From: Hydrolagus colliei
Taxonomy: Eukaryota
Length of the DNA stretch: 64,000 bases
NCBI GenBank assembly: GCA_035084275.1
Contig: CM068742.1
Location: 18,476,001-18,540,000, forward strand
Direction of reading: 5' to 3'
Every line of letters begins with the position of its first letter. Position 1 is the first letter of the stretch. The position numbers were made by a program, and so were the translations under genes. The notes below the pieces were generated by a model, which was given only the letters and a program-made list of their open reading frames with translations, did not search any database and was not told the DNA's origin. This document shows, piece after piece, positions 10,728 to 23,446 of this stretch.

Positions 10728-11755
10728 TTTACAAGGAGGTACATTCAAGATATTGGTGTTTTGTACAGTTTTCACAGATATACAGTAGAAGGTAATAACC
10801 TCTGTTCTGTTTGATGCAGAGCTATACCTCTGGATATGAACTGAGAGAGGGACAGTAGGTTTGATGTTTAGCTGACCTAGCGATTTCCTTCTCATAAGAA
10901 ACATGCAATACAAAACTGAGTCTTTTTCTCATGAGGTTTGTGTCAAACCTAAACATTAGAAAACTAAGATTCCACGGTAGATTTATGCCTTTCAAACCTC
11001 TGATTTCAAAATCTTTTCTATTTTACAATTTGCAAATCGGATGAGTAGGTTGAGGAGGTTAAAAACAAGGCCACATGCAAAGATCATACTTGTGCAGGTA
11101 ACACTACGGGAAGCATGATTATATGAGCGGAATGTATCTCAAAGGTATATAAATACAGTGCAATATTGATAGTGTATTCTGAAACTGAAATTGAATATTA
11201 TTCTTTAATAAGAACATTTTCCTATTATAGTGATACTCTTGGAATTTAGGAGATAAAACCAGTTCGAGTCACGCAGTGGCTGGCATGCTAACCCCCAATT
11301 ACCTGGAAAATTGCTGCTTTGTATAATATATTAAAGAGCAGGAACAATTCTCACAGCTGTAGCAGAATCTGATAATACTGATGATTATTGCAGTGGGAGT
11401 TGTAACTTCTTTACAAAATTTATGTTGCAGTTGCTTTCATTCGCAAACGTATTATAGAAATACAATAGAAAATATTCAGTGCAATAAATCTTGAATGACA
11501 TATAGTAATTTGAGGTTAATTTAACAATTATTACAATATTAAAGTCGAACAGCAAACAATACAACTTGGCAAACCAAGTTAGTGCATCAAAGTGAGAGAT
11601 AATCTGAACTCTTTCAAATCATTTTAAAAAATGTGTGTCTTGAGAGCAAATTTTTATAGGTATAATGAGTGTTTCAATGTGTTTTATTCTGTAATGGATG
11701 AGACAGCTACAATTGATTCCTAAATTTATTTGACATTCCTGTTCTAACATTTCAA

Positions 11756-12071
11756 GGAGTCCTGTAGCTCAGTGGTTAGAGCACTCGCCGTACAAGCGTG
11801 ATACCTGTGTTCGAATCCAGGCAGATCAGGGCGAAACCTTGGGCAAGTTTCCTTACTCCATACATCTAATAATAATCCCTCCCAAAAAAAACACAATGAC
11901 AAAATTGGTCATTTCAATCCACGACTGTTTGTGGGACACTGCTGTGCTCAATTGGCTGCCATGTTTCTCCCACAAATATGCAGTCAATTCACTTTATATT
12001 GTATGCTGTGGAGCGCTTCAAGACGTGTAGAAGACGTGAAAAGCGCTATATCAAATGCAAGGATTATTATT
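11756..12071 (+). mobile_element. tRNA-derived SINE, full length
   Basis: Intact A box and GTTCGAATCC B box, body and (ATT)n tail. Confidence 0.9.
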
Positions 12072-12232
12072 TAATATTATGATGTTGGAAGTTTTATTAT
12101 TGTAACCATCTGTAAATGGTGAATTCATTCCAGAGAGGCTTTACTGGTTTCACTCCCTGTATTATATCTGGTAAAGCTGTCCCATTCCACAGTGCACACA
12201 TTTAAATCCTTGTACCCTGCTCTGTTCTACAG

Positions 12233-12341
12233 GTCAGTCAGTGGTAAAAAGCTATGTTCAACTTGTGGTCTTCCCCTTGGGAAAGGAGCAGCCATGATCA
12301 TCGAAACACTTAGTCTTTATTTCCACATTCAGTGTTTCAAG
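12233..12341 (+). CDS. LIMCH1: LIMCH1 LIM domain exon, first half ([36 protein letters not shown])
   Basis: Recognisable LIMCH1 LIM sequence with CxxC...HxxC. Acceptor tgttctacag| and donor AAG|gtgagc. Confidence 0.95.
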
Positions 12342-12750
12342 GTGAGCCTACATACCAACCTTGGTTCATGGTGTTGATGGGTTAATGTTACCACTGATGT
12401 ATATTGCAATGATGATTTGAAACAAGCATAAATGAGGGTGAGCACAGTAAACTCCAGTAACCTGGTGTCTGGAATTTGTACATATCCAGACTGGGACTTC
12501 AATGTAAACATTTGTTAAAAATTTCCAGGGATCTTCACGTGTATAAACTTTACACTCTCTTTCCTGGACACTCTCTTTATAGTACATTCTGTGAAGTGCT
12601 TTGAGACACCTCCATGACGTGATAAGGTGCTATATCAAATGCAAGGATTACATTATTAGGATTTTATTACATATGTTAGTTAACCATCTGATTATGGCAA
12701 TGCTTGTGAAATACTTAAAATAGCTAAAGAGCTGTGTTATCATCTTGCAG

Positions 12751-12853
12751 TGTGGAATCTGTCAAGGACAACTTGGAGATGCAACCACTGGGACAGATGT
12801 ACGGATCCGCAACGGTCTTCTGAACTGCCATGAGTGTTACATCAGGTCCCGAA
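12751..12853 (+). CDS. LIMCH1: LIMCH1 LIM domain exon, second half ([34 protein letters not shown])
   Basis: Translated by hand; it is absent from the ORF track. Acceptor catcttgcag| and donor |gtgagt. It completes the LIM double zinc finger. Confidence 0.95.
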
Positions 12854-12975
12854 GTGAGTGATACTGAAACATGGTTTATTTTGGGAAGTAATTCTAGGTT
12901 TCTCCCTAAAACCTTTCAAATTGTTTAAAATGTGAAGCATAATCACAATGCTAAAGTTGGAATTATGAAGTCTTT

Positions 12976-13276
12976 GAGGCCTGTAGCTCAGTGGTTAGAG
13001 CACTCGCCTTACAAGTGAGAAACCTGGGTTCAATTCCAGGTAGGGTTCCTTGGGCAAGTTTCCTAACTCCATACGCCTAATAATAATCCCTCGAAAAAAT
13101 AATAAATAGGTAATTTTCAATCCATGACTGTTTATGGGACATTGCTGTGTGCAATTGGCTGCTTCTTTCCACCTACAAATACAGTCATTTCACTTTACTG
13201 TATATTCTGTGAAGCGCTTTGAAACGTCTAGAAGATGTGAAAAACTATATATCAAATGCAAAAACTATTATTATTA
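12976..13276 (+). mobile_element. tRNA-derived SINE, full length
   Basis: Same family head, body and tail. Confidence 0.88.
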
Positions 13277-13683
13277 TGGTACAGTATTATAATTACTAGT
13301 AATGTAACAAGCTTCGACTATTCTTGCAAAGCTTACATGTGCAATTTTATCATGGCTTTCTGAAAATTCAAATGAATTATATTGACTGGCTAGCCCTCAT
13401 TCGCTAATTATTAATTTCATGGATTTTCTAAAAATAAGGCATAAGGGCTAGTATAATATAATAATCATAATCCTTGCATTTGATATAAATAAATCAATAA
13501 TAAAAATGTAATTATTGCCGTTTAATATTCACAAGCTGGAACAACGTGGATTCCCAATTTCAAACTAGCATTCTTAGGAAGCAATTGGGTTAATCATGTT
13601 GTTTGTTGTAAAATCACTGAAGTTATACTGATGTATGGAAATTCTTTAATGTTGCGCATCAGTCAACCCATGATAGTAGTGAA

Positions 13684-13866
13684 TCCTCGCCTCGCAAACA
13701 ACATTCCTGGGTTCGAATCCTGGCAGGGTGAAATCTTGGGCAAGATTCCTTACTCCACACACCTGATATTAATCCCTCAACAAAACAAACAGTGATAAAT
13801 TGATCACTTCAATTCACAACTGATGTGAAGACTGCTATATCAAATGCAAGGATTATTATTATTATT
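13684..13866 (+). mobile_element. tRNA-derived SINE, internally deleted
   Basis: B box GGTTCGAATCC, partial body and tail. Confidence 0.75.
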
Positions 13867-13932
13867 GTGAGTGATAATATAGGAAAAAAAATTAAATATA
13901 CATTGTCTACTAAATTTACCTTTGTTTTTTAG

Positions 13933-13958
13933 TTGCTGGACAACCCACTACTTTATGA
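13933..13958 (+). CDS. LIMCH1: LIMCH1 last coding exon (IAGQPTTL*)
   Basis: Acceptor tttgttttttag|, phase 1, TGA at 13956-13958. AGQPTTL is the LIMCH1 C-terminus. Confidence 0.93.
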
Positions 13959-16900
13959 CCCTAACGCATATTAACAACAGTCAGTGGAAAGCAGAAAGGA
14001 CACAAGTGTGCTGGATGCTCAGTGCTGCCCTCCGTGATGACTGCTTAACTGACAATCGTGGATAGGAGCTATCACTCACTGGCTTTTTCATTAAAAGAAA
14101 CACTCAACAATTTCACCACTTGTTATAACCTGTGTTGTTACTTTGACAGCCTATACCTTGGATCATTTTCACGTTCAGTGAAACCCTCATTCTTTTGTGC
14201 GTATAGAAACAAAAATAGCATACTTTGATATATATTTGCTGTTGAAAAAGCTTTTAACTGAATTCAACAAGTATTTAATTAATATTGTGTGATATGTAAT
14301 TTATTTTATTGCCGTCCTCCAATTATGAGAAAAATAAGACATAAAGGTGCAACGATTATGCGAGTAAGTGAATAAAATACATTTACCCTATAGAGTTAGT
14401 AATAACCTCCTTTACCTGGATCTAACCTGAGCATCTGTGTGACATTGAGAGAATGCAGCTATCATTCAATTTGATAGATTTACAATTGTTCCAATATTGT
14501 AGAGTACTAAGTACCACAGGTGTATTTCTTCATAATGTAAGAATATCCTCTCAAGGTCTGGCATGCAGAAAACAAAAAGGATAATAAGGCAATAACTATG
14601 CTGTTCTTTCATTCTGGCTAATAACAAAATGCAACTACAGAATTTATAAATGTATCATAAATCACATGTTTAAATAAAAATGAAAAGGAAAGCTTAAATC
14701 TTTGTCTTCTCGGGAGAATGTGTATGTCAGTCTGAGGTTTATTGCACCCTGCTCGCTGTGTTGGAAGGGAAATAGTAAATAAACAAGCCTGTGCTCAAAT
14801 TTTTATTTGTGGCTGTTAGAGACGTTGTGTCTCAGATTTTCAGCATTATTGGATATCTTTCATTTATTGTTTAGCTAATTATTCCAAACCATTGTTTTTT
14901 ATTGTAAAAAGAAAACATTTAGCTGAATGTATACTTCAAGGTAGAGATTGGCAGGTACAGTGTACAGTATAGTAAAATTATATAGGATACCAGTTGCATT
15001 TAGGACAACCGAAAGAGGAAGGAATTGACTTTCTCCCAGCCCATAGTTTGTTTTCCTAGAAATTATGGAGTCTGACTGTGCTGTAAGCCAGCCAGTTCCC
15101 CTTGTTTTTTCCTACGTGTCTGTTGTTTCCTTATATTTTTCTCTGTATGCCTACAAGTAAAGATCGACCAAGAAAAGTATTGGAACAGTTAAATTCCAAC
15201 ACCAATATTAAACAGGAAAGCAATCAGGAGGTGAAGATGCCATGGTTCATAGCAGATTCAGTGTTGTGAAGTTTGGGATTTTTCACCCCATGATTGAGTT
15301 GAATAGTGTCTCCAAATGCTTCATTAGCTCAAAGCCTTGGGACGTCCTCCTGACGTGAAAGGTGCTCTACAAATATAATTTTGTTGTTGTTATTTGAGTG
15401 GTAAATGGAGCAGATTTGGAAACATGAGAAGTCTTACCTTAGAACTGATCAGAACACAGTGAACATTGACTTAGCATTTTTGCATTCTCCCTTTATATTG
15501 CTAAGCTCTTCTTTCCAATACACAGAAATTCCTAAAGCTATGGCAATTACCCCAAAACATAAATAAAATTATTTTGACGATTGTTGCACCTTTATTATAA
15601 AATGTTCTGCCTAACAGAGCATCAGAACCATTTTTTTGGAATTATTTTTTTAAAAAAAGCTCAGCTTTTCTAAGCAGGGAATAATTGGATTGCGTTCAGC
15701 TAGTATAAATTATTTCAGGAGCTGTCACATCACTGCTGGAGTAATCGGTATGACTAGTGAGGACTTTAGCAAATGACTGTGCAACTGAAGACTTATTACT
15801 TGAAGTGGATGGACCAGCTGGAAATTGTTTTCAACAGATGTTTATTGTTTATATATTTTTTCTTCTAAAATATCATTATATGCACCGCAGACTTTTAAAA
15901 TGTCACTCTCTTTGATTTGTGATTAAAGTCGCCAAAGCAATCAAATGATTATACAGTAACTAGACCGAGACATGCCATAATTCCTTGCTTAGCAAATAGA
16001 TGGGCTTGAATCAGATACCTGGAAATCATTCTGTGGAGAACCTGATAAGCCAGCTATCTGCCTCAGTCAGCAGCAATACAATGGCACCTTTATTTCATTC
16101 AGATCCTAGAGTTTAAAGTGGGATACATTCAAGAAATGTGGCCCACCAAAATTGAACGACAGTGTTTAAAAAGCAAACAAATAAGCCATTCTCTTTTACC
16201 TGGTTGAGCAAAAAATATTTTGAAATTAAACAAGGTTGGTGTTTATTTATTGAAATAGATAAAGCCACATTTTGCATGCTAATTGAGGCCTCAAACAAAG
16301 GAATCATACGATAAGCGTTTGCTGTATTTTTTATTATTTGTAACCATTTGCCTGATCGGTTTGTTGGAATGTCATATATTAGGTTCTTTCACATTAAAAT
16401 CGTGCCTTAGAAAAATGCAGGCTGTTGCACACAGATGGTCAGAAATGTGGAGCACGTGCTGTGAATCAAACATAATTGTTAAGGATGTGCTCTGGATTGA
16501 GCTGGGTGTAAACGGTGCTAGGAAGTCGGCTGGATGGTCCAAAGGGCTCAGCGCATGTGGTCAGCCAACAGTAGAATTACATTTTTGACTTTTCCGCACG
16601 GTTTCAGCAGTGGCTGATATTGCTCCTGCAGAGAGAGATACATCCGTTGTGTATCTGAGATACATACATTTCAGCACAAGGGATTTTTAAAGTGGACTTT
16701 TTACATTTTCTTGTACTCACACCCTCCTGAGTACTTACAGATATGGAGGAAGTCACAAACGTAAATGTAGTAGCACATTTTGTACGTGTTCCAATAGCCC
16801 CACTTACACATTTTTTTGTTGTTTTTAAAGAATATATATATATATTTTAAATGGAGACACTTTGGACCAGAGTCACTAAGCACAAGTGGTAACATTACAA

Positions 16901-17980
16901 GTAACTTCTTGACCTGTATTGACTTGCTGTCAATACAGATACTGTAACTTAAAAATGAATAAGTAAAACTCCGACCCGATAGTACTGAAGGCCTCACTGG
17001 AAAAGACTTTGTGAAACACATTCCTGAATCGGGAATGTATTTGAATGATAGCAGCAACACATTTGTATTTTATGGTTGAGTGTGAATCGGAAAGAACCAA
17101 GAGTCTGTAACAATGTGAATTTCAGTGTGAGTGCTTGTCAAAGACAGATCAAAATCTCAACTAGTCTTAGCACATTAACAACAACTGACACTTAAAATAG
17201 CGTTTTTTTTAGTAAGGCACCACCTTGAAGCATTTTACCGAGACAGAATAAAAGCCCAAGCATGTTGGGAGAAGGGAAAGGAAGGCATGAGGCAGGTGAT
17301 GGCATAGTCAATGAGAAAAATGAGTTTTGAAAGCAGAGGCAGAGGGATTTAGGGAGAGAGCGCAATACTAGTACCCTAAGCAGAGTTGATCCTTTTCATC
17401 AACCGATAGTGTGGGCCACCCGATAACATCTGAATCAAAAAACAATTAGGATTGCTACAGTACAAATAAAAAATAGCCAAGGAGAAGGCGTATTTTTTAG
17501 AGGTTACATTTTGTTTTAAAAATGTTCCACTTATAGGTTTAGTTGACTTGCACTGAATTTGATAAATGTGGTAAGTCCATGTTTGGTTCAAATATCAATA
17601 CTAAGCTGTGTCAAAGGCTCATACCGTATTTGTACCAGATTGCCATCAGACTCAGAAATTCATGTTTGCATGATAGGATGCAGTATTTTAACAGCAGCAT
17701 GCAGTGATTCTCTGCCACCATTGACCAACATGAATGTTTTAGACAGGTCCAAAGCATGCTAGACCAAACATGGACTTAAGCTGGTGAATAATTGTAACTG
17801 GGGCTAATGTTCAAACATAAACAATTGAAACTGTCTGATATATGCTACAGTTCAACTTATTATGCTCTATTTATTGTGATTTGCCTCTAGAAATAATAAA
17901 AAGTACAAATGTGTTCAAATAATGCAACTGCTTTTATAGTACATGTATGTTGTTTATAAATAAAATGTTGAAAAATTAAC
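13959..17980 (+). other. LIMCH1: Probable LIMCH1 3' UTR (3' end uncertain)
   Basis: AT-rich and repeat-poor sequence after the stop, with several AATAAA (near 14371, 14673, 15563, 17893, 17959). The site actually used cannot be determined. Confidence 0.45.
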
Positions 17981-18229
17981 CAGTCGCTCAATGATTTTTG
18001 TTTTCCACTGACTGACTTTGCGAATTTATTACACACAAATATGCTACTCATTAAGTAGATTATGATTGTGCTGCAAAATAGGACAAACGTCAGAAGCACA
18101 GAGAACTGCTGGCTCTCGGAATGGGTCCAGCAAAAAAGTATGTGCTTCAATATATTGGTGCTGCCAATGAGGTATATAGTACTTGAAGGCAAGCAGCCTC
18201 TTCAAGAGATGCGGTCTCAATGCTGCGTG

Positions 18230-18540
18230 GACAGTGTTTGTGCATCCATGGTGTTTGTATGTGTGATGCGGTGATGTGCGCGTACATGCATCTGGTGTAT
18301 TTGAGCATGTGTATTTGCGTGTGAGAGTGAGTGACCGGTGTGCATGTGTGTGTATCTCGTGTGGTACTTGTATGCTTGGGTGTGCATCTGGTATGTGTAC
18401 GTCTGGTGTGCGTTGTGATTGTTCATGTGTGTGCATGCATGTGATGTTTGTATGTATAGCGTGGTGTTTGTGTGTGTCTGTGTGTGCGCGCATGTATGTG
18501 TTTGTGTGTTATGGGCATGTGTGTGTACACAATGGGATGT
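18230..18540. repeat. Degenerate (TG)-rich simple repeat
   Basis: Imperfect TG/TGCA alternation. It produces spurious His/Thr- and Cys/Val-rich ORFs. Confidence 0.85.
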
Positions 18541-18587
18541 GGTCTGCTTTTGCTGTTTTCATTTGGTGATGTTTATATTGATCTAAC

Positions 18588-19160
18588 AAATGTTTGGTAT
18601 CCATCCAGTCAATCCTTTAGACCGGACGCTGTACAAATTTCCTTAAAACTGTATTTCTGTTTCAAAGCCTCACTGCCGAGCCAGGCTCCCTGCACAATTA
18701 CCAGTTGCCGTGCTAAAAATTGATGACTTCCAGGTCATCAAATCGTGGCCAGCAACACTTCCTGTTTGGTAACTAGCCGGCCAGCCATTTTTTTCTTTTG
18801 ATGCAGGAAGCTGAAGTGAGTAAAATTTGATGCTGTCATCACGTCCTGTTGTGATGCGCATGTGTAAAATTAGAAGTAATGTATGTTGGAGTCCTGTAGC
18901 TTAGTGGTTATAGCATTTGCCTTACAAGCAAGAAACCTGAGTTCAGCCTTGCACCAGTCTCCACATGCCTAATAATAATCTGTCCAAAACAAATTGGTTG
19001 TTTCAATCCATAACTGTTTATGGGACACTACTGTGCGCAATTGGCTGCTACAGTTCGCCCACAAATATGCAGTCAATTCACTTTACAGTATATTCTGTGA
19101 AGAGCTTTGAGACTCTAGAGGACGTGAAAAGCCCAAATCAAATGCAAAGGTTATTATATT
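18588..19160 (+). mobile_element. Composite element, copy A: ~300-bp 5' module joined to a B-box-deleted SINE
   Basis: Aligns by eye along its whole length with the reverse complement of 58441-59016. Confidence 0.85.
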
Positions 19161-19435
19161 GTTAATTTAGTTCCGAAAGGGACTTTGATGTTTTGTTGCA
19201 AGCTCCTGCACCACAATCTCTCACAGACCATCTCTGCCTCCTCCAGCGAGACATTTACCAGTTCACACAGCAACCAGCCCGAGACTGCTGAGAGATGACT
19301 TAAACAATAATTCTAACTCCATGAGCAATAGAATAAACTGTAAAATTATAATAACACAATAAAAATGTCAAAAGTGATGGAAATCGTAGTAAAAATCATG
19401 CACCCTAGAAAATTATGACAACAGGAGTGTCAGTA

Positions 19436-19712
19436 GAGTCCTGTAGCTCAGTGGTTAGAGCACTTGCCTCACAAGCAAGAGACCTGGGTTCAATTCCAGG
19501 CAGAGCCAAATCTTGGGTAAGTTTCCTTACTCTACATGCCTGATAATCCCTCATAAAAGAATAATAAATTGGGGGACACTGCTGTGCGCAATTGGCTACC
19601 ATGTTTCGCTCACATATACACAGTATACTTTACTATATATATTCTATGAAGTGCTTTGAGACATCTAGCATATGTGAAAAGCACTATACTAGATGCAAGG
19701 ATTATTATTAAT
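19436..19712 (+). mobile_element. tRNA-derived SINE
   Basis: Head, shortened body and tail. Confidence 0.85.
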
Positions 19713-19794
19713 AGTAGTACCATTAATTGGAAACTACTGTCATTTTGTTTTTAGCCCTTTTAAAAACATTCTATGCACAAAATAAAAACCAGAA

Positions 19795-20722
19795 ATTTGG
19801 GGTGAGTATCCTTACTCTACATGCATCTGTTTACCTAGCAGTAAGAAAGAACCGGTTGTTTGTCAATAGTCGGATCACTTTTCCTGGGTAATAATTCCTT
19901 CAGAAAAAATAATAATACTATATTGGTCACTTCAATCTACAACTGTTTGTGGGACACAGCTGTGCGCAATTCGCAGCCACGTTCCACCCAGAAAATATAC
20001 AGTGAATTCGCTTGACAGTATAAAGCTGTCAAGTGAATTCTGTAAAGCGTTTGAGATATCTCAAAGCCGTGATAAGGTACTACAGTTAACCCTCGTTGAT
20101 CATGGGGGTTATGTTCCTGGAAAACTGCGCACTCAGTAAAATCGCATTGGGTAAGCTTAACGAGTAATGGGAAAAGGAGGGTTCGGGGAATCCAGTCACA
20201 GGCTACCCACCTCAAGCCTCCAGGCACATCCACACCTGAGCAATGCAAGGTACGTACTGAGGCAGGATACAGCCGGCTGGCCCGCTCCTCGCTCCCCCCA
20301 CCCCCTCCTCCCCTTTATTGTATATGCAATAAAGCAATAAAAAATAAAACAATAAAACCATAGCTTGTCTAAATTATTTTACCTTTGGTCCTGAAAGTGT
20401 TAGGAGACTCTCTCTCTATGACTCTTCTGTTTATCATGCAATGCCATCAGGATGCTCCAAGGCCAAAGAGTCATTGGACTTTCCCAAGGGTGCATTGTGC
20501 AAGGGGCCAGCCAGCTGAGGAATCATCGGATCTAGTCAGGAGCTGCCGGCATCCTCACATCCTCGCATGCGCGTGAGGGCCAGCCAGTGTGTATATGCAA
20601 GTTTTTCGCGCGATACACACAAAAGTGACCTTTTTTTTCGTCACGTACACTTGAATTCGCAATTGATAAAGATATCTTCGACGAGGGTTAACCGTATATC
20701 AAATGAAAGGATTATTATAATA
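19795..20722 (+). mobile_element. Long-variant SINE (headless) interrupted by a MITE
   Basis: Body contains the TTTACCTAGCAGTAAG segment. The tail GATAAGGTAC-TA-TATCAAATG is split at the TA by the MITE. Confidence 0.75.
20083..20694. mobile_element. Non-autonomous Tc1/mariner (Tigger-like) MITE
   Basis: TIRs CAGTTAACCCTCGT / ACGAGGGTTAACCG. TA duplication at 20081-20082 and 20695-20696. Removing it restores the SINE tail. Confidence 0.9.
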
Positions 20723-23056
20723 AGGCCAGCCTCCTTGCACTTTGCTGGTCAAAGAGGTAACTATGATATTACGCATCTAAAAATGAATTCGTTATCTTCA
20801 TCAGTATCAGTAAATCACTTTCCAGTGTTCCCTTTGAAAATACAGTACAAACAATTTGATTTCAATGTTTGTTCTTTGAAGCCTTGTGTCAAATACTGCC
20901 TAATGAATTTGACCAGATTACCGCAATTGTCACAGTGAAGTTCATTTGACTGGTAGTTTGTTCAGATAGTTCAGCTGCAGTTATTTAGATTCAGAGGATC
21001 AGCAGAAAAACACTAATTAAATAATTGCTGTGGCTTAGTGATCAGCTACTTGGAAAGGCAGCAGCTGAAAGGGTTCAGCTGAGGGCACATCAGAGTAAAC
21101 TGCAACTCTTTCATGACAGGTATCCTATGACAGTAGAAGTGTCATTGAATCTACTCTTATTTTGTTTGGTAATCATTATCAATTAAAAAAAAGTTACAAA
21201 GGTTTTGTGCACGATTGGTTGCTGTGTTTTGCCCACCAAATATACAGTTAATTCACTTTACACTATATTCTGTAAAGCACTTTGAGATGTCTTGAAGACG
21301 TGATAAGTCACTATAACAAATGCAATGCTTATTATTAATAATACACAAAACTGGGAATGCAGTACTCTAAATATGAATGTTTTAAAGTAAAAGCCAAATA
21401 ATAATAATCCTTACATTTGGTATAGCACTTTTCAAGTCTGACCTCTTCAAATGAAAAGAATCAACAGCACATTTAGAAAATGCTAATCTGAATTATAGCG
21501 CTTTGAGACATAGCACTCAGCGATATAAGGCACTATATCACATGAAATAATTATTATTATAATTATAGAAGAGACTTACTGTCACAGAATACATATGTTA
21601 TATGTATACTGTATAGGTCAGATTGAGAGAGTGCAGCCTAAAGACAGTTTATTTTCTATGAGTTGGTACGCTCCGATCATGAATTTAGAAACCTATTTGT
21701 CAATCACCACTATTGGAGCACTAGGGATCAAGAAACTGCATGGTGAATAATTGAGGCTAAATCAAAAATAATTCACAAGAGATTCTGGGATTTTTTTTAC
21801 ATCAGTGTTTTACCTTATTAAAATCTAGGAGTAAACTGATCATTTATTTCCATTTCCACTTTACCACCTTGTATGAAAGTTCAAACATATTCTTCTCCTC
21901 CTCTAACTGCTTGTTTTAGCCAGAGCTTTGAGTGGTATCAGTTTCCTCCTTATCGCGTGTAATGTATTTTTTATTCGATTATAGGCCAAGCACAATGGAG
22001 CAGGACCTATTCCTGCTGACATTGTGCTGAGTGCATGTAAAATGCCAGGATGAAGACAAACCTAATAACACACATTACACAAGGAAATGCAGAGGCTGTA
22101 GCATTCTTGTGCAAAAATAATTTATGAATGCTAATTATGCTTTGCCGACATAATAAGACAATATTTTCATAATATCGGACACAATTATTAATCATTTGCA
22201 AGGCATTTTAATGGAACGTTTCCCTTGTCATAGCACCTGCTGGTACATAATTCTATGTTAGTCTGCAATGCCTTCACCAATTTATTGTTTCATAAAAGGT
22301 TTGTTTGCTGCAGACAAAGTGTGACATTGGCAAATCGAAGGTCGCAGATTAACGTGCGACAGGGAGAGAGGGGGGTACGATTGAAATGAACATTCTGTGT
22401 CTTTAACATCGACATTGTCCACAAGCACTAGAGGGAGACAAACACCGGAGCTGGAGAGTTAGGCTCATTTCAAGATTGACATCCGGTCTATTTGACAGAA
22501 ATCTATCAGGACATCAGGGATTGTCACAGTTTGTTTGATGAGAATCCACTCAGACATCAGAAATTAGCTCCCAGGCAGTTTGGTAGCAATCAATGGTGGG
22601 ATCAGAGTCTGGCACTGTCTGATAGGAATCAATGTGAGAGTTTGGAAACTGATATCCTCTGGGGGGGGGGGGGGGGGGGGGTTAGCAGGGTCTCCTTGGA
22701 GCTGAACTGGCTCCAAGGTGAGATGCCTGGCAACAGAATCTAAGAGTTGAGCCAGCTCTCTGTGTGGTGTCTAATCCAGCTCCGGAAACAGGCGGCTCTG
22801 CAATGTTCCACAACACTGTTGACGACAGCACAGCCAGCCTGGCCAGACCTGGAAGGGCAGAGCAGTCACTGGGTGAAAGGAGTCAACCCACTCAGCTCCT
22901 GTTGTCCCTGCAAGTCAAAGCCCTAAAGGGTAGCATGGTCCTGGCTGGACAAACAGTGGGAAAAGGCTTGACAGACAGTAATATTGATGGCAAGCTACCT
23001 GGTTTTAGCTGGTTATACAAATGTAATTTTGCTGTTGTTGCACCCCAACATCCTCT

Positions 23057-23360
23057 AGTCCTGTAGCTCAGTGGTTAGAGCATTCGCCTTACAAAATGTG
23101 AGACCTGTGTTCGAATCCAGGCAGGTCAGGGCAAAACTTTGTGCAAGTTTCCTTACTCCACAACGCCCAATAATAATCCCTCAAAAAAAACGATAATAAA
23201 TCGGTCATTTCAATCCACAACTGTTTTGTGGGACACTGCCGCGCAATTGACTATCCCATTTTGCCCATAAAAAATACAGTCAATTCACTTTGCTGTGAAG
23301 TCATTTGTGATGCCTAGAAGATGTGAAAAGCGCTATATCAGTGCAAGGATTATTATTATT
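23057..23360 (+). mobile_element. tRNA-derived SINE, full length
   Basis: Head with A and B boxes, body and (ATT)n tail. Confidence 0.88.
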
Positions 23361-23381
23361 AATAATAATTTTTTATGATAA

Positions 23382-23446
23382 TGATATTTATTTATAATTA
23401 AATGTGATATTTATTTATAATTAAATGTGATATTTATTTATAATTA
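23382..23446. repeat. 23-bp tandem repeat, ~3 copies (TGATATTTATTTATAATTAAATG)
   Basis: Direct reading of the sequence. Confidence 0.85.

Noticed and set aside
11756-11830. tRNA gene-like sequences (also 3602, 4493, 12976, 19436, 23057)
   Set aside because: They continue into a shared SINE body and tail and have variable anticodons, so they are SINE heads rather than tRNA genes.
18044-18569. His/Thr-rich and Cys/Val-rich ORFs
   Set aside because: Products of a degenerate (TG)n repeat.
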